Source of the DNA: Bacteroidota bacterium
Lineage (GTDB): Bacteria > Bacteroidota > Bacteroidia > Cytophagales > Spirosomataceae
Reading direction: 5' to 3'
Assembly: GCA_041158445.1 (NCBI GenBank)
Contig: JBEBBJ010000002.1
Span: forward strand, 6,672-70,671
Length of the DNA stretch: 64,000 bases
In this document: positions 18,429 to 28,544 of the stretch, in pieces
Position numbering within the stretch: the stretch's first letter is position 1
How the letters are laid out: each line of letters opens with the position of its first letter
Made by a program: the position numbers and the translations under genes
The notes under the pieces: model-generated
Told to the model about the DNA's origin: nothing
Database searches by the model: none
What the model saw: only the letters and a program-made list of their open reading frames with translations

Positions 18429-19148
18429 TTTGACAATATTTTCTGGCGCAACTAGATCTAAAAAGTGAAAACGAAGGTAGAGTTGCGCCACTACAATCAC
18501 ATCTTCTAGGCAATACTCATTGATCCTAGCTAATCCATTTTCTTTGTAAAAAACACGGTTTACCTGGTCACCAGAAAGGTCGGCTTTGGCCCCTGAAATA
18601 CCCATCAATTCCGCTAACAATTCCAACGAAGTATAGGATCTTCTATCCCCAAACTTCCACATCTCCATCGTATCCTGGTGGATAATTTCCCATGGTTTCT
18701 TCCCCTGCAATTGCAAAGATTTCGGAATCTCTAGCCCATTAATTAACATCCGTCTGCACAAATAAGGGAAGTCAAATTCCTTCCCATTGTGTGCCACGAG
18801 GGTCAATTCTCTCGACTTATACGTCTTATTTACAAAGGAAATGAACTCCGTGAGAAGCGTTTTTTCGTCTGCATGCGCGATGGTCTTCACTTTTAAAGCC
18901 ATCTCACCCTGCTTATTCACGAACAAAAATCCCATTCCCACCACAATAATCTTCCCAAATTCCGCATACAAAGGGGCCTTTTCGAAATACATCTCTTCTA
19001 GGCTGATATTAGCTGGATTTACCAGATTCTTCGCCTTTTTTAGCCAAAATTCTTTCATCTTATCCGAAAGAAGGGAAAAATCGGATACTCCAGACGAAGT
19101 TTCGATGTCTATGAAGAGGGTATTCTTGAAGTTCTTTAATGTATCCAT
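18423..19148 (-). CDS. DEDD-type 3'-5' exonuclease (PolB-exonuclease-like)
   Basis: 241 aa; FIDIETSS (ExoI), LVAHNGKEFDFPYL (ExoII) and a C-terminal YCLEDV (ExoIII-like). Confidence 0.7.
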   Translation of the reverse strand: MDTLKNFKNTLFIDIETSSGVSDFSLLSDKMKEFWLKKAKNLVNPANISLEEMYFEKAPLYAEFGKIIVVGMGFLFVNKQGEMALKVKTIAHADEKTLLTEFISFVNKTYKSRELTLVAHNGKEFDFPYLCRRMLINGLEIPKSLQLQGKKPWEIIHQDTMEMWKFGDRRSYTSLELLAELMGISGAKADLSGDQVNRVFYKENGLARINEYCLEDVIVVAQLYLRFHFLDLVAPENIVKL

Positions 19149-19156
19149 CTACATAC

Positions 19157-19170
19157 GTTCCACGTGGAAC
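19157..19170. repeat. Related 14-bp palindrome GTTCCACGTGGAAC
   Basis: Same CACGTG core. It lies between the exonuclease gene start and the lipB stop. Confidence 0.7.
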
Positions 19171-19178
19171 TAAAATTA

Positions 19179-19913
19179 TTATGCATTTAATGTTTCACGT
19201 GAAACATCTACTAATTCCATTTTAAACAAATCAACTAAATGGCCTTTAACCACGTCTGAAACCGACCGAAAATCCATTTCCTGGCCTAATTCCTGCTGTA
19301 ATGACGTTACACCTCGTGTCGCAATTCCACAAGGAACGATGTGCGAGAAATAACTTAGGTCGGTATTTACGTTCAACGCAAACCCGTGCATGCTAATCCA
19401 GCGTGAAGCTTTAACGCCCATCGCACAAATCTTTCGAGCATCCTCTTGTGTTGGATTAATCCACACGCCGGTCAAACCTTCAATACGCCCCGCAACCAAA
19501 CCATAACCCTCGCAGGTCTTAATAATCGCTTCCTCCAGCATCCGTAGATACAAGTGAATATCCGTATAGAAATTCTCTAAGTCCAAAATAGGGTAGCCCA
19601 CTAATTGCCCGGGCCCATGGTAGGTAATATCTCCGCCGCGATTTGTCTTAAAATAGGTCGCACCTATGGTAGACAAAAACGACTCTTGTAATAACAAATG
19701 CGACTCGTCACCACTCTTACCTAGGGTATACACATGTGGGTGCTGGCAGAATAAAAGGAAGTTTTCAGTGATCTCTTTGCTGTCATCAGAAAGCCCGCGG
19801 TTCGCTAATTTTACTGTCGCTATGCGATTTAATAAAGTCTCCTGTAGATCCCAAGCCTGCTTGTATTCTACCAGATTTAAATCAACAAATTGGACTTCTT
19901 TATTCTGATTCAT
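19179..19913 (-). CDS. lipB: Lipoyl(octanoyl) transferase
   Basis: 244 aa with RGGDITYHGPGQLVGYPI and KICAMGVK (catalytic Lys region), both typical of LipB. Confidence 0.9.
   Translation of the reverse strand: MNQNKEVQFVDLNLVEYKQAWDLQETLLNRIATVKLANRGLSDDSKEITENFLLFCQHPHVYTLGKSGDESHLLLQESFLSTIGATYFKTNRGGDITYHGPGQLVGYPILDLENFYTDIHLYLRMLEEAIIKTCEGYGLVAGRIEGLTGVWINPTQEDARKICAMGVKASRWISMHGFALNVNTDLSYFSHIVPCGIATRGVTSLQQELGQEMDFRSVSDVVKGHLVDLFKMELVDVSRETLNA
19190..19207. repeat. 18-bp perfect palindrome ATGTTTCACGTGAAACAT (copy 1, in the last codons of lipB)
   Basis: Exact match to 20772-20789. Confidence 0.85.
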
Positions 19914-19983
19914 TCTTTATCAATTACCTGATAGCATCCGCAGAAACACGCCGCTACCTTTAGTAAAAAACAAAGATACAAGA

Positions 19984-20337
19984 ATGGCAAAACATTTGAC
20001 ACAAGGAAAATTAGGCGAGCAATTAAGTGTAGACTATTTGCTAAAAAACGCCTACACCATCGAGGCGAGAAACTACCGCTACAAAAGGGCAGAAGTAGAC
20101 ATCGTTGCAAAGAAAGGGGATCTTCTCATCTTTATTGAGGTGAAATCCCTTCGGAGAAATACACACGGACATCCAGAGCAAAAAATCACAAAAAATAAAA
20201 TACGGCTTTTAAGTAGAGCTGCTTGTGCTTACCAATACCAACATAAATGGCGCCAAGAGATTCGTTTTGACAGCATTTCGGTGAATTTTTATCCACAAGC
20301 CTTCAAAATAGAGCATTTCGAGGATGCTTTTTCGTAA
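19984..20337 (+). CDS. yraN: YraN-family (UPF0102) endonuclease-like protein
   Basis: 117 aa; GEQLSVDYLLKNAYTIEARNYRYKRAEVDIVAKKGDLLIFIEVK matches the YraN/UPF0102 pattern. Confidence 0.8.
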   Translation: MAKHLTQGKLGEQLSVDYLLKNAYTIEARNYRYKRAEVDIVAKKGDLLIFIEVKSLRRNTHGHPEQKITKNKIRLLSRAACAYQYQHKWRQEIRFDSISVNFYPQAFKIEHFEDAFS

Positions 20338-20360
20338 ATTCGCGCTTTAATAGCGCGCAC

Positions 20361-20771
20361 ATGATTCATTTTTGTACTGAAGACATAACATTCTCCTTAA
20401 AAGAGAAGTTAAAACACAAAGCCTGGTTAAACGAGGTGGCGAAACAGGAAGGGAAAAAGATCCTAGAATTGACTTACGTTTTTTGTTCAGACGAGTACTT
20501 ATTACAGATTAATCAAGAGTACTTGAATCACGATACGCTGACCGATATTGTTACGTTTGACAATTCAGAAGATCCGAAAAAAATCGAAGGCGACATCTTT
20601 ATCTCCATTGAAAGAGTGAGAGAGAATGGTAACAAATTGGGGACTTCGGAAACGGAGTTAGAACGTGTTATGGTGCACGGATTATTGCACCTGCTCGGTT
20701 ACAAAGACAAGAAGAAAGAGGATAAAGCGTTGATGACCGAGAAGGAAGATTTTTACATTAAACAGTACTAA
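20361..20771 (+). CDS. ybeY: rRNA maturation endoribonuclease YbeY
   Basis: 136 aa with the zinc motif HGLLHLLGYKD. Confidence 0.9.
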   Translation: MIHFCTEDITFSLKEKLKHKAWLNEVAKQEGKKILELTYVFCSDEYLLQINQEYLNHDTLTDIVTFDNSEDPKKIEGDIFISIERVRENGNKLGTSETELERVMVHGLLHLLGYKDKKKEDKALMTEKEDFYIKQY

Positions 20772-20789
20772 ATGTTTCACGTGAAACAT
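20772..20789. repeat. 18-bp perfect palindrome ATGTTTCACGTGAAACAT (copy 2, directly after the ybeY stop)
   Basis: Exact match to 19190-19207. Confidence 0.85.
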
Positions 20790-20797
20790 GAAATGAT

Positions 20798-22657
20798 ATG
20801 CTAAATTCATACGATGTAATTGTGGTGGGAGCGGGACACGCCGGATGTGAAGCAGCTTATGCGGCAGCACAAATGGGATCACGTGTTTTGTTAGTAACCA
20901 TGAATATGCAGACGATTGCCCAAATGTCCTGCAACCCAGCGATGGGTGGCGTGGCTAAAGGTCAAATCGTACGAGAGATTGACGCATTAGGTGGAATGTC
21001 TGGAATCATTTCAGACAAGACCATGATTCAATTCAGAATGCTAAACCGATCAAAAGGTCCGGCAATGTGGTCACCACGTTGTCAATCGGATCGTATGCGT
21101 TTTGCAGAGGAATGGAGAAACGCGCTGGAAGGAAATTTGAATGTAGATTTTTGGCAAGATTCTGTTCAACAATTAATCGTTGAAAAAGGCGAAGTAAAGG
21201 GGGTGATTACTCGTATGGGTATGACTTTTACAGCGAGAGCAGTGGTGCTTACAAATGGTACTTTCTTAAATGGATTGATCCACATAGGAGAGAAGAATTT
21301 TGGGGGAGGCCGCATGGCTGAACCGATGGCCATCGGCTTAACAGAACAGTTAATTCAACTGGGTTTCGAATCCGGTAGAATGAAGACGGGAACTCCGCCG
21401 CGTGTCGACGGAAGAAGCTTAGACTTCGCTGCGATGGAAGAACAAAAGGGGGATGAAAACCCAAGCTCTTTTTCATACTTAACTGAAACGCCATTAACAG
21501 AACAGCGCTCTTGCTGGATTACACACACAAACACAAAGGTGCACGAAGTCTTGAGAAAAGGTTTCGATCGTTCACCTATGTTCGCCGGAAGAATCAAGGG
21601 TTTAGGCCCACGCTATTGTCCCTCCGTAGAAGATAAAATCAACCGCTTTGCAGATAAAGATTCACACCAAATTTTCGTAGAACCGGAAGGATGGAGCACG
21701 GTGGAAATTTATGTCAATGGATTTTCGACATCGTTACCAGAGGACATCCAATTTGAGGCGATTCGCTTAATCCCTGGATTTGAAAAAGCAAAGATGTTCC
21801 GCCCGGGTTATGCCATCGAATACGATTATTTCCCGCCTACCCAATTAACATCGACGTTGGAAACAAAGCGAGTAAGCGGACTATTCTTCGCCGGCCAAAT
21901 CAACGGGACCACGGGCTACGAAGAGGCGGCATGCCAAGGCTTAATCGCCGGCATTAATGCCCACCAAAAAACACACGAATTAGATCCGTTTACCTTGTCA
22001 CGTTCGGACGCTTACATCGGCGTGTTGATCGACGATTTAATCAACAAGGGAACAGACGAACCATATCGCATGTTCACGTCGCGTGCCGAGTTCAGAACTT
22101 TGCTTAGACAAGACAATGCGGATGAACGCTTAACCGCAAAAGGATATCAATTAGGATTAGCGACGGAAAAACGTTGGAATAGATTTCAAGAGAAGAAGGC
22201 GCAAGTCGCGGCTTTGACAGAAGAAATCAAAAACACGAAAGTGAAACCAACAGAAGTGAACGATTGGTTAGAGCAGGAGGGAAGCGCTTCGTTGAAAGAG
22301 GGTGCGCCTATCGTGAATTTGCTGAGAAGATCCGATTTGTCTTTTGATCGAATTGCAACACACCCTAGCATCGAGCCTATCGTGAGAAACTATTCTCAAG
22401 AGGTGCGCGAGCAGGTGGAGATTTTAGTGAAATACGAAAGCTATATCGAAAAGGAAAGATTGATGGTGGACAAAATGCGCTCGATGGAAGACTTATCCAT
22501 TCCGGCGAATTTCGATTACGATAAAATCAAAACGCTGTCGACAGAATCACGCATAAAATTGAAATCGATTTTACCTCAGACCATCGGTCAGGCAAGTCGC
22601 ATTTCCGGAGTGTCGGCTTCTGACATTTCTATCTTACTTTTATTCATGGGACGCTAA
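20798..22657 (+). CDS. mnmG: tRNA uridine 5-carboxymethylaminomethyl modification enzyme MnmG (GidA)
   Basis: 619 aa; FAD-binding N-terminus [16 protein letters not shown], plus [11 protein letters not shown] and [16 protein letters not shown] signatures. Confidence 0.95.
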   Translation: MLNSYDVIVVGAGHAGCEAAYAAAQMGSRVLLVTMNMQTIAQMSCNPAMGGVAKGQIVREIDALGGMSGIISDKTMIQFRMLNRSKGPAMWSPRCQSDRMRFAEEWRNALEGNLNVDFWQDSVQQLIVEKGEVKGVITRMGMTFTARAVVLTNGTFLNGLIHIGEKNFGGGRMAEPMAIGLTEQLIQLGFESGRMKTGTPPRVDGRSLDFAAMEEQKGDENPSSFSYLTETPLTEQRSCWITHTNTKVHEVLRKGFDRSPMFAGRIKGLGPRYCPSVEDKINRFADKDSHQIFVEPEGWSTVEIYVNGFSTSLPEDIQFEAIRLIPGFEKAKMFRPGYAIEYDYFPPTQLTSTLETKRVSGLFFAGQINGTTGYEEAACQGLIAGINAHQKTHELDPFTLSRSDAYIGVLIDDLINKGTDEPYRMFTSRAEFRTLLRQDNADERLTAKGYQLGLATEKRWNRFQEKKAQVAALTEEIKNTKVKPTEVNDWLEQEGSASLKEGAPIVNLLRRSDLSFDRIATHPSIEPIVRNYSQEVREQVEILVKYESYIEKERLMVDKMRSMEDLSIPANFDYDKIKTLSTESRIKLKSILPQTIGQASRISGVSASDISILLLFMGR

Positions 22658-23541
22658 TGGAAAATATACAAAACTGCCCCGTTTGCGGATCACCTAATTC
22701 GACCTTAAAATTTAAGGCAAAAGATTATACTGTATCGAACGAGCAATTCCACATCGTTAGCTGTGATGCTTGTTCTTTGATCTACACAAACCCAAGACCT
22801 GCAGCGAACGAAGCTGGACCTTATTACCATGCGAGTGCTTACATTTCCCATAGTGATACGAATGAGGGAATTGTTAATAAGCTTTACCATGCGGTTCGCA
22901 AGTTCACACTTCAATCAAAATTGAATTGGATTGCGCCGGACAAAAAAGCCAATAAAGAATTACTAGATATCGGTTGCGGTAACGGGCATTTTCTAGCTGC
23001 CGCAAAAGAAAAAGGTTGGAATATCAATGGCTTGGAATTAGACCCAGAAACGGCGGCTAGAGCGGCTAAATTAACGGGGCTTAGCATCTCGCCATCTTTA
23101 GCAGAAATCGCTCCGGAAAAACAATTTCAAGTGATCACCTTGTGGCACGTTTTGGAACACGTCTACGAACTAGATGAGTATTTTAACTTCTTCCAAAGCC
23201 GACTGAATAAAGGCGGGAAATTATTGTTAGCCCTGCCTAACCCGGCGAGTTTCGATGCCGATTATTTCGAAGAATACTGGGCTGCCTACGATGTTCCACG
23301 ACACATCTACCATTTCACGCCAGCTACAATCACAGCGCTAGCGGCAAAGTATGGTTTTAAATTACAGAAGAGCCGCGGGCTTATTTTCGATAGCTTTTAC
23401 ATTTCGTTGTTAAGCAACGAATACAAAACAGGTAATAAACGCCTGCTTCATTCGTTTTTAATTGGATTCATTTCTAACCTACGAGCGATGCTGGGCAAGC
23501 CGAATTATTCAAGTAATCTATATACATTTGAACATGCGTAA
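22657..23541 (+). CDS. Class I SAM-dependent methyltransferase with N-terminal zinc ribbon
   Basis: CPVCGS..CDAC cysteine pairs, then LLDIGCGNGHFL (SAM motif I). Confidence 0.75.
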   Translation: MENIQNCPVCGSPNSTLKFKAKDYTVSNEQFHIVSCDACSLIYTNPRPAANEAGPYYHASAYISHSDTNEGIVNKLYHAVRKFTLQSKLNWIAPDKKANKELLDIGCGNGHFLAAAKEKGWNINGLELDPETAARAAKLTGLSISPSLAEIAPEKQFQVITLWHVLEHVYELDEYFNFFQSRLNKGGKLLLALPNPASFDADYFEEYWAAYDVPRHIYHFTPATITALAAKYGFKLQKSRGLIFDSFYISLLSNEYKTGNKRLLHSFLIGFISNLRAMLGKPNYSSNLYTFEHA

Positions 23542-25165
23542 TTACCTGAAATTCAGCCTTTTAATTATATTCCTAGGCCTAGGAATCAGCTTGGTTTTCT
23601 TACAGAGCTGCGCCCAAATGGCCGCACCTCCGGGTGGGAAAAAAGATACATTAGCACCAGTGGTTATCAACTCGATTCCGTTAAATAAGAGCAAGAATTT
23701 CAAAGGCAAAAAGATTGAATTAACCTTCAACGAATACGTGACCATCAAAGGCTTGAACCAAGAGTTGTTAATCACGCCTTCGATTGGAAACTACGAAACG
23801 CGCATTCGTCCTACGGGGCTAACTTTGGTATTAGACAGCGCATTAAAAGAAAATACGACCTATACCTTTAACTTCAGAAATGCGGTGGAGGATGTCGCAG
23901 AGAGAAATAAGGGGAGAAATATCAAACTGGTTTTCAGTACCTCGAACACCATCGATTCCTTGAAAATTCAAGGGAAAGTAAAACACCTGCTGACGAACAA
24001 AAAGGCCGATAATATCACGGTAGGCTTATATCCTTACAATGACAGCTTGCGTATCGATAAGGCGAAACCTTATTATTTCGTGAGAACTGATACGTCGGGA
24101 ACCTATACTTTGGAGAACTTGGCCGCCGGAAAATACTACATGGCGGCCTTCGACGACGCGAATAATAACTTGCTGTATAATTCAGCTAAAGAATCGGTAG
24201 ACTTTATCCCCGAGGCTTTCATCGACCTACAGAAAAATGAAACCCGGGATTTCAAAATCGCCCTGCAAAACCAGGATCCCTTGAAATTAATGAAAACGAC
24301 GACGACCGCTAAAACGGTTTTATATGAGTTTTCGCGGGGTATAAAAGCGGCTAACCTACGCTTTTCGTCTGAGGAAAAGCCGCTTTATCAAATTGAAAAT
24401 GACCGCAACCTACGGATTTACGTAGGTGGTTTAAATAAAGCGGATACCTTAGGTATTGATGCAGCACTTGAAGATTCCGTGGGCCGAAGCATCGATTTTA
24501 AACTAAAAGCTAAATTCAGAGAATTGGCTAAGAAGGAAAAGGCCACAAACGTTCCTTTAGGCTTCGATATCTTCCCAAAAGCGGGTTCTCTCATCGTTCC
24601 GACTGATTCCATCTTGATTATTTTCCCTAAACCCGTCTTACAATGGGTGTCTAAGAAAGTCCATATTTTAACGGAAAACGAGGATGATTTAACCTTCCCG
24701 GACGAGGCGTTTAGCTGGAATAAGTTCCAGAACATCCTAACTATTAAAAGCGCCTTCTTACCGAAGCGGGAGAAATTCACACTAGCGTTAGATAAAATCG
24801 CTTTCGTGGGCCCTGAGGCAGATTCTACGAATGAATACAAACAGCTCATCAAGCGATTGGATCCAGAGGAAACGGGTATAATCGAAGGGGGTATTCGCAA
24901 ACCTGGGCATTATATCTACCAATTATTAAAAGGAGAAAAGTTAGAAAAGGCCTACGAGCTTAAGTCTAATGGAACCTGTTCTTTCCAAAACGTGGAACCC
25001 GGCATCTATACACTGCGGGTAATCGTGGATGAAAATGAGAATGGCCAATGGGATATAGGCGATTTCAAGACTAAGAAAAAGCCAGAAGCGATCTATTACT
25101 TTGAAAATAAGATCAAATTAAAGGCGAATTTCCAATTAAGTGACTTGTGGATAAACACCCCTTAG
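23534..25165 (+). CDS. Ig-like domain lipoprotein
   Basis: Internal ATG 23534 gives MRNYLKFSLLIIFLGLGISLVFLQSCAQ (lipoprotein signal with Cys). An SbsA-type Ig-like N-terminal segment follows (DTLAPVVINSIP..). The last codons contain the first DnaA box. Confidence 0.6.
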   Translation: MRNYLKFSLLIIFLGLGISLVFLQSCAQMAAPPGGKKDTLAPVVINSIPLNKSKNFKGKKIELTFNEYVTIKGLNQELLITPSIGNYETRIRPTGLTLVLDSALKENTTYTFNFRNAVEDVAERNKGRNIKLVFSTSNTIDSLKIQGKVKHLLTNKKADNITVGLYPYNDSLRIDKAKPYYFVRTDTSGTYTLENLAAGKYYMAAFDDANNNLLYNSAKESVDFIPEAFIDLQKNETRDFKIALQNQDPLKLMKTTTTAKTVLYEFSRGIKAANLRFSSEEKPLYQIENDRNLRIYVGGLNKADTLGIDAALEDSVGRSIDFKLKAKFRELAKKEKATNVPLGFDIFPKAGSLIVPTDSILIIFPKPVLQWVSKKVHILTENEDDLTFPDEAFSWNKFQNILTIKSAFLPKREKFTLALDKIAFVGPEADSTNEYKQLIKRLDPEETGIIEGGIRKPGHYIYQLLKGEKLEKAYELKSNGTCSFQNVEPGIYTLRVIVDENENGQWDIGDFKTKKKPEAIYYFENKIKLKANFQLSDLWINTP

Positions 25166-25570
25166 CACTGTGGATAAGTGCCCTTTTTATCCACATTCTA
25201 TCCACAATTTGTGTGCATAACTGTGTATAACTTTTGAGCTCACCTCACCTATGTGGATAAGTCCGAGGTTATCCACAAGTTGTTAGACACTTATCCACAG
25301 TGGCATATTGGCTTTTGATTTCCCAAAACATAGTCATATCAAGTACTTACAAACACGATATTGACTTATCCACTTATCCACAGAGAACAACAAGAAGAAA
25401 CAAAAAAGAGATTTTAAAATTCTTTTCTTTTTTTAATTTATGTGTGTGGATAAGTTTTTAGGCTGAAAAAAGGATTTTGATGCTTTTTTGATATTTCATA
25501 CCTATTAATTTAGTAAAGCAGGTAATTAAATATCAAAACACCTTATTCTATGTGGATAACTTGTGGATAA
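25146..25570. other. Putative chromosomal replication origin (oriC): DnaA-box cluster plus AT-rich tract
   Basis: Ten perfect TTATCCACA/TGTGGATAA boxes at 25146, 25169, 25187, 25252, 25269, 25291, 25374, 25445, 25551 and 25562. One-mismatch boxes at 25198, 25212, 25222 and 25366. An AT-rich stretch lies at 25383-25550. Confidence 0.8.
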
Positions 25571-25641
25571 GTAATTTAGATGCAAAAAGAACTTTATTTA
25601 ATACTATTTGGCTAAATTGCTTTCTCAAAATCTTTCCTTTT

Positions 25642-27414
25642 ATGGTTCATCAACAATTCACACGCGTATTTGATTTATTACAAGCTTATGCCAGCTTCAA
25701 GAAAGAAGACCTATTTAATCTAAAGAGAGATGGCGAATGGAAGAAGTATTCGGTAGACGAAACTTTGGAGACCATTCAAACATTGGCTTTGGGATTATTA
25801 GAGCTTAAAATTAAGCCAGGTGAAAAAGTAGCCATCATTTCAGGGAATCGTCCCGCTTGGAACTTTGTTGATTTTGCCGTTCAAATGATCGGTGGTGTGA
25901 CTGTTCCCATGTATCCTACAATTACGATTGAGGATTACGACTATATTTTTAAAGATGCTGAAGTGAAGTTTGTCTTCTGTGAAAATGAAGAACTGTACTT
26001 GAAAGTGAAGGCAGCATCGAAAGATAATAAGAAGATTAAGGGCATTTATACCTTTGATCCGGTGGCGGATGTGGAACGTTGGACAGCGGTGAAGGATTTA
26101 GGGGAAGGAAAAGATCCAGCTAAATTGAAGCCTTTGATGGATGCGGTGCAGCCGAGTGATTTACTGACTTTGATTTATACTTCGGGAACGACGGGTCGTC
26201 CGAAGGGCGTGATGTTAACGCACCACAATATCGTGAGTAATGTGAAATCCTTAGTGCGTGGGAATTTCTTTGATTTGTTGCCCTCAGATCGCGCTTTGAG
26301 TTTCTTGCCGTTGTGCCACATATATGAGCGCACGGACATTTATATGTACATGTACTACGGCGTTTCGGTCTATTATGCGGAGAGCATGGAGACAATCGCG
26401 GACAATATTAGAGAGGTGAAGCCGGCGATGTTTGCGACGGTGCCACGTTTATTGGAGAAAGTATATGATAAGATTTTGGCCAAAGGAAATGAACTTACCG
26501 GCATCAAGCGTGCTCTTTTCTTTGGGGCATTGGATTTTGGTTTGAAATACGATCCGATGGAGAAGCTGGGCTTAATCGATTCTTTAAAATTAGGCTTCTA
26601 CCGCAAAGTGATTTTCAGTAAATGGAAAGAAGCCTTAGGCGGAAATGTTCGTTTGATCGCTTCTGGTTCTGCTGCTTTACAACCTCGTCTTTCTCGTGTT
26701 TTCTGGGCGGCCGGCATTCCGGTTTCGGAAGGCTATGGCTTAACGGAAACCTCTCCGGTGATTTCGGTTTCACGTGTGAAGCCAGTTGATTTCAAAGTAG
26801 GTTGCGTGGGATCGCTAGTTGATTCGATTGAATTGAAGATTGCGGAGGACGGAGAAATTTGTGTGAAGGGAGATTCAGTGATGGTGGGTTATTATAAAAA
26901 TCCGGAGGCTACGGCTGAGGCGATTGATAAGGACGGTTGGTTCCACACCGGTGACATCGGGATGATGGTAGACGGCAAGTATTTGAAGATTACGGATCGC
27001 AAGAAAGAGATCTTCAAAACTTCAGGTGGTAAATACGTCGCACCGCAATTAGTGGAAAACAAGTTAAAAGAATCGGCCTTTATTGAGCAATGTATGGTCG
27101 TAGGTGAAGGCCAAAAATTCCCATCGGCGCTGATTATCCCCGAGTTTAATGCCTTGCAAGTTTGGGCAGATCAACAAGGAATTAAGGCCAAAGGTCCTGA
27201 GTCACTGATTACGAACAAGGAGATCATCGCTAAAATAGAAGAAGAAGTTTTAGATACGATGGGTTCTGTTGCGAAATACGAACAGGTGAAAAAATTCGTT
27301 CTATTGCCACGCTTATTCACGGTAGCGGATGGAGAAATCACCCCTACGTTGAAATTAAAACGCAAGGCAATTTACGCGAAACACGAGAAGGCCATTTTAG
27401 CCTTGTATGAATAA
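25642..27414 (+). CDS. Long-chain fatty acid-CoA ligase (AMP-dependent synthetase)
   Basis: YTSGTTGRPKGV AMP-binding motif, GYGLTETSP, and TGDIG..DRKKEIFKTSGGKYVAP. Start moved to ATG 25642 because the track start lies inside DnaA boxes. Confidence 0.85.
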   Translation: MVHQQFTRVFDLLQAYASFKKEDLFNLKRDGEWKKYSVDETLETIQTLALGLLELKIKPGEKVAIISGNRPAWNFVDFAVQMIGGVTVPMYPTITIEDYDYIFKDAEVKFVFCENEELYLKVKAASKDNKKIKGIYTFDPVADVERWTAVKDLGEGKDPAKLKPLMDAVQPSDLLTLIYTSGTTGRPKGVMLTHHNIVSNVKSLVRGNFFDLLPSDRALSFLPLCHIYERTDIYMYMYYGVSVYYAESMETIADNIREVKPAMFATVPRLLEKVYDKILAKGNELTGIKRALFFGALDFGLKYDPMEKLGLIDSLKLGFYRKVIFSKWKEALGGNVRLIASGSAALQPRLSRVFWAAGIPVSEGYGLTETSPVISVSRVKPVDFKVGCVGSLVDSIELKIAEDGEICVKGDSVMVGYYKNPEATAEAIDKDGWFHTGDIGMMVDGKYLKITDRKKEIFKTSGGKYVAPQLVENKLKESAFIEQCMVVGEGQKFPSALIIPEFNALQVWADQQGIKAKGPESLITNKEIIAKIEEEVLDTMGSVAKYEQVKKFVLLPRLFTVADGEITPTLKLKRKAIYAKHEKAILALYE

Positions 27415-27463
27415 ATTGCGTTAGGCCCGTTTTTTGCGTAATTTTGACTTCTTAATGAATCGT

Positions 27464-28543
27464 ATGTCGACAGGAAAAAAGGTAGCTCTCATTACGGGCG
27501 TAACAGGACAAGATGGCGCTTATTTAGCGGAATTTCTTTTAAATAAAGGATACATCGTACACGGAATCAAGCGCAGAAGCTCTTTGATTAACACGGATCG
27601 CATTGATCATTTGTACCAAGATCCGCACGTGGATTCCGCCTCTTTTATCTTGCACTATGGCGATTTAAGTGATTCTACGAACATCATTCGCATCATTCAA
27701 GAAGTACAACCGGACGAAATTTACAACCTTGGGGCCATGTCCCACGTGAAAGTTTCTTTCGACGAACCAGAATATACCGCGCAGGTAGACGGCATCGGAA
27801 CCTTGCGTATTTTAGAGGCCATTCGTTTGCTAGGTTTGGTGAAAAAGACCAAAGTGTATCAAGCGTCCACTTCGGAACTTTACGGCCTCGTACAGGAAGT
27901 TCCGCAATCAGAAACGACTCCTTTTTATCCCCGCTCACCTTACGCAGTTGCTAAATTATATGGCTACTGGATCACTGTGAATTACCGCGAAGCCTACGGG
28001 ATGTTTGCAGTAAACGGTATTTTATTTAACCACGAATCCCCGCTTCGCGGCGAGACTTTCGTGACACGTAAAATCACTCGTGGTGTAGCTCAGATTGCTT
28101 TAGGGCAAGAGAAAAAGATCCATTTAGGTAACCTGGACGCGAAACGCGACTGGGGCCACGCGAAAGATTATATCGAGGCGATGTGGTTGATTTTGCAACA
28201 AGATACGCCGGAAGATTATGTGATCGCGACCGGAATCACGACGACGGTGCGCGAATTTATCCGCATGTCGTTTGCTGAATTAGGTATCGAAGTGGCGTTC
28301 TCAGGCGAAGGTGTGAACGAAAAAGGAACCGTGGTTTCTTGCTCGAATCCAGCCTACCAAGTGCCGGTGGGACAAGAAGTCATCGCCATCGACCCGCGCT
28401 ATTTCCGCCCGACGGAGGTAGAATTATTAATAGGTGATCCTACGAAGGCCAAAGAAAAACTAGGCTGGACCCTTAAATACGATTTAGCCGCGCTAGTAAA
28501 AGACATGGTTCAGGCGGACGTAAAATTATTCTCGACGAAATAA
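27464..28543 (+). CDS. gmd: GDP-mannose 4,6-dehydratase
   Basis: [35 protein letters not shown].., [10 protein letters not shown] (YxxxK), [10 protein letters not shown]. Confidence 0.9.
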   Translation: MSTGKKVALITGVTGQDGAYLAEFLLNKGYIVHGIKRRSSLINTDRIDHLYQDPHVDSASFILHYGDLSDSTNIIRIIQEVQPDEIYNLGAMSHVKVSFDEPEYTAQVDGIGTLRILEAIRLLGLVKKTKVYQASTSELYGLVQEVPQSETTPFYPRSPYAVAKLYGYWITVNYREAYGMFAVNGILFNHESPLRGETFVTRKITRGVAQIALGQEKKIHLGNLDAKRDWGHAKDYIEAMWLILQQDTPEDYVIATGITTTVREFIRMSFAELGIEVAFSGEGVNEKGTVVSCSNPAYQVPVGQEVIAIDPRYFRPTEVELLIGDPTKAKEKLGWTLKYDLAALVKDMVQADVKLFSTK

Positions 28544-28544
28544 G

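Noticed and set aside
25552-25641. Upstream extension of the acyl-CoA ligase ORF (track start at 25552).
   Set aside because: The first codons are made of two DnaA boxes (tgtggataacttgtggataa) and start at a non-ATG codon. The conserved protein begins at MVHQQFTRVFD.. (ATG 25642).
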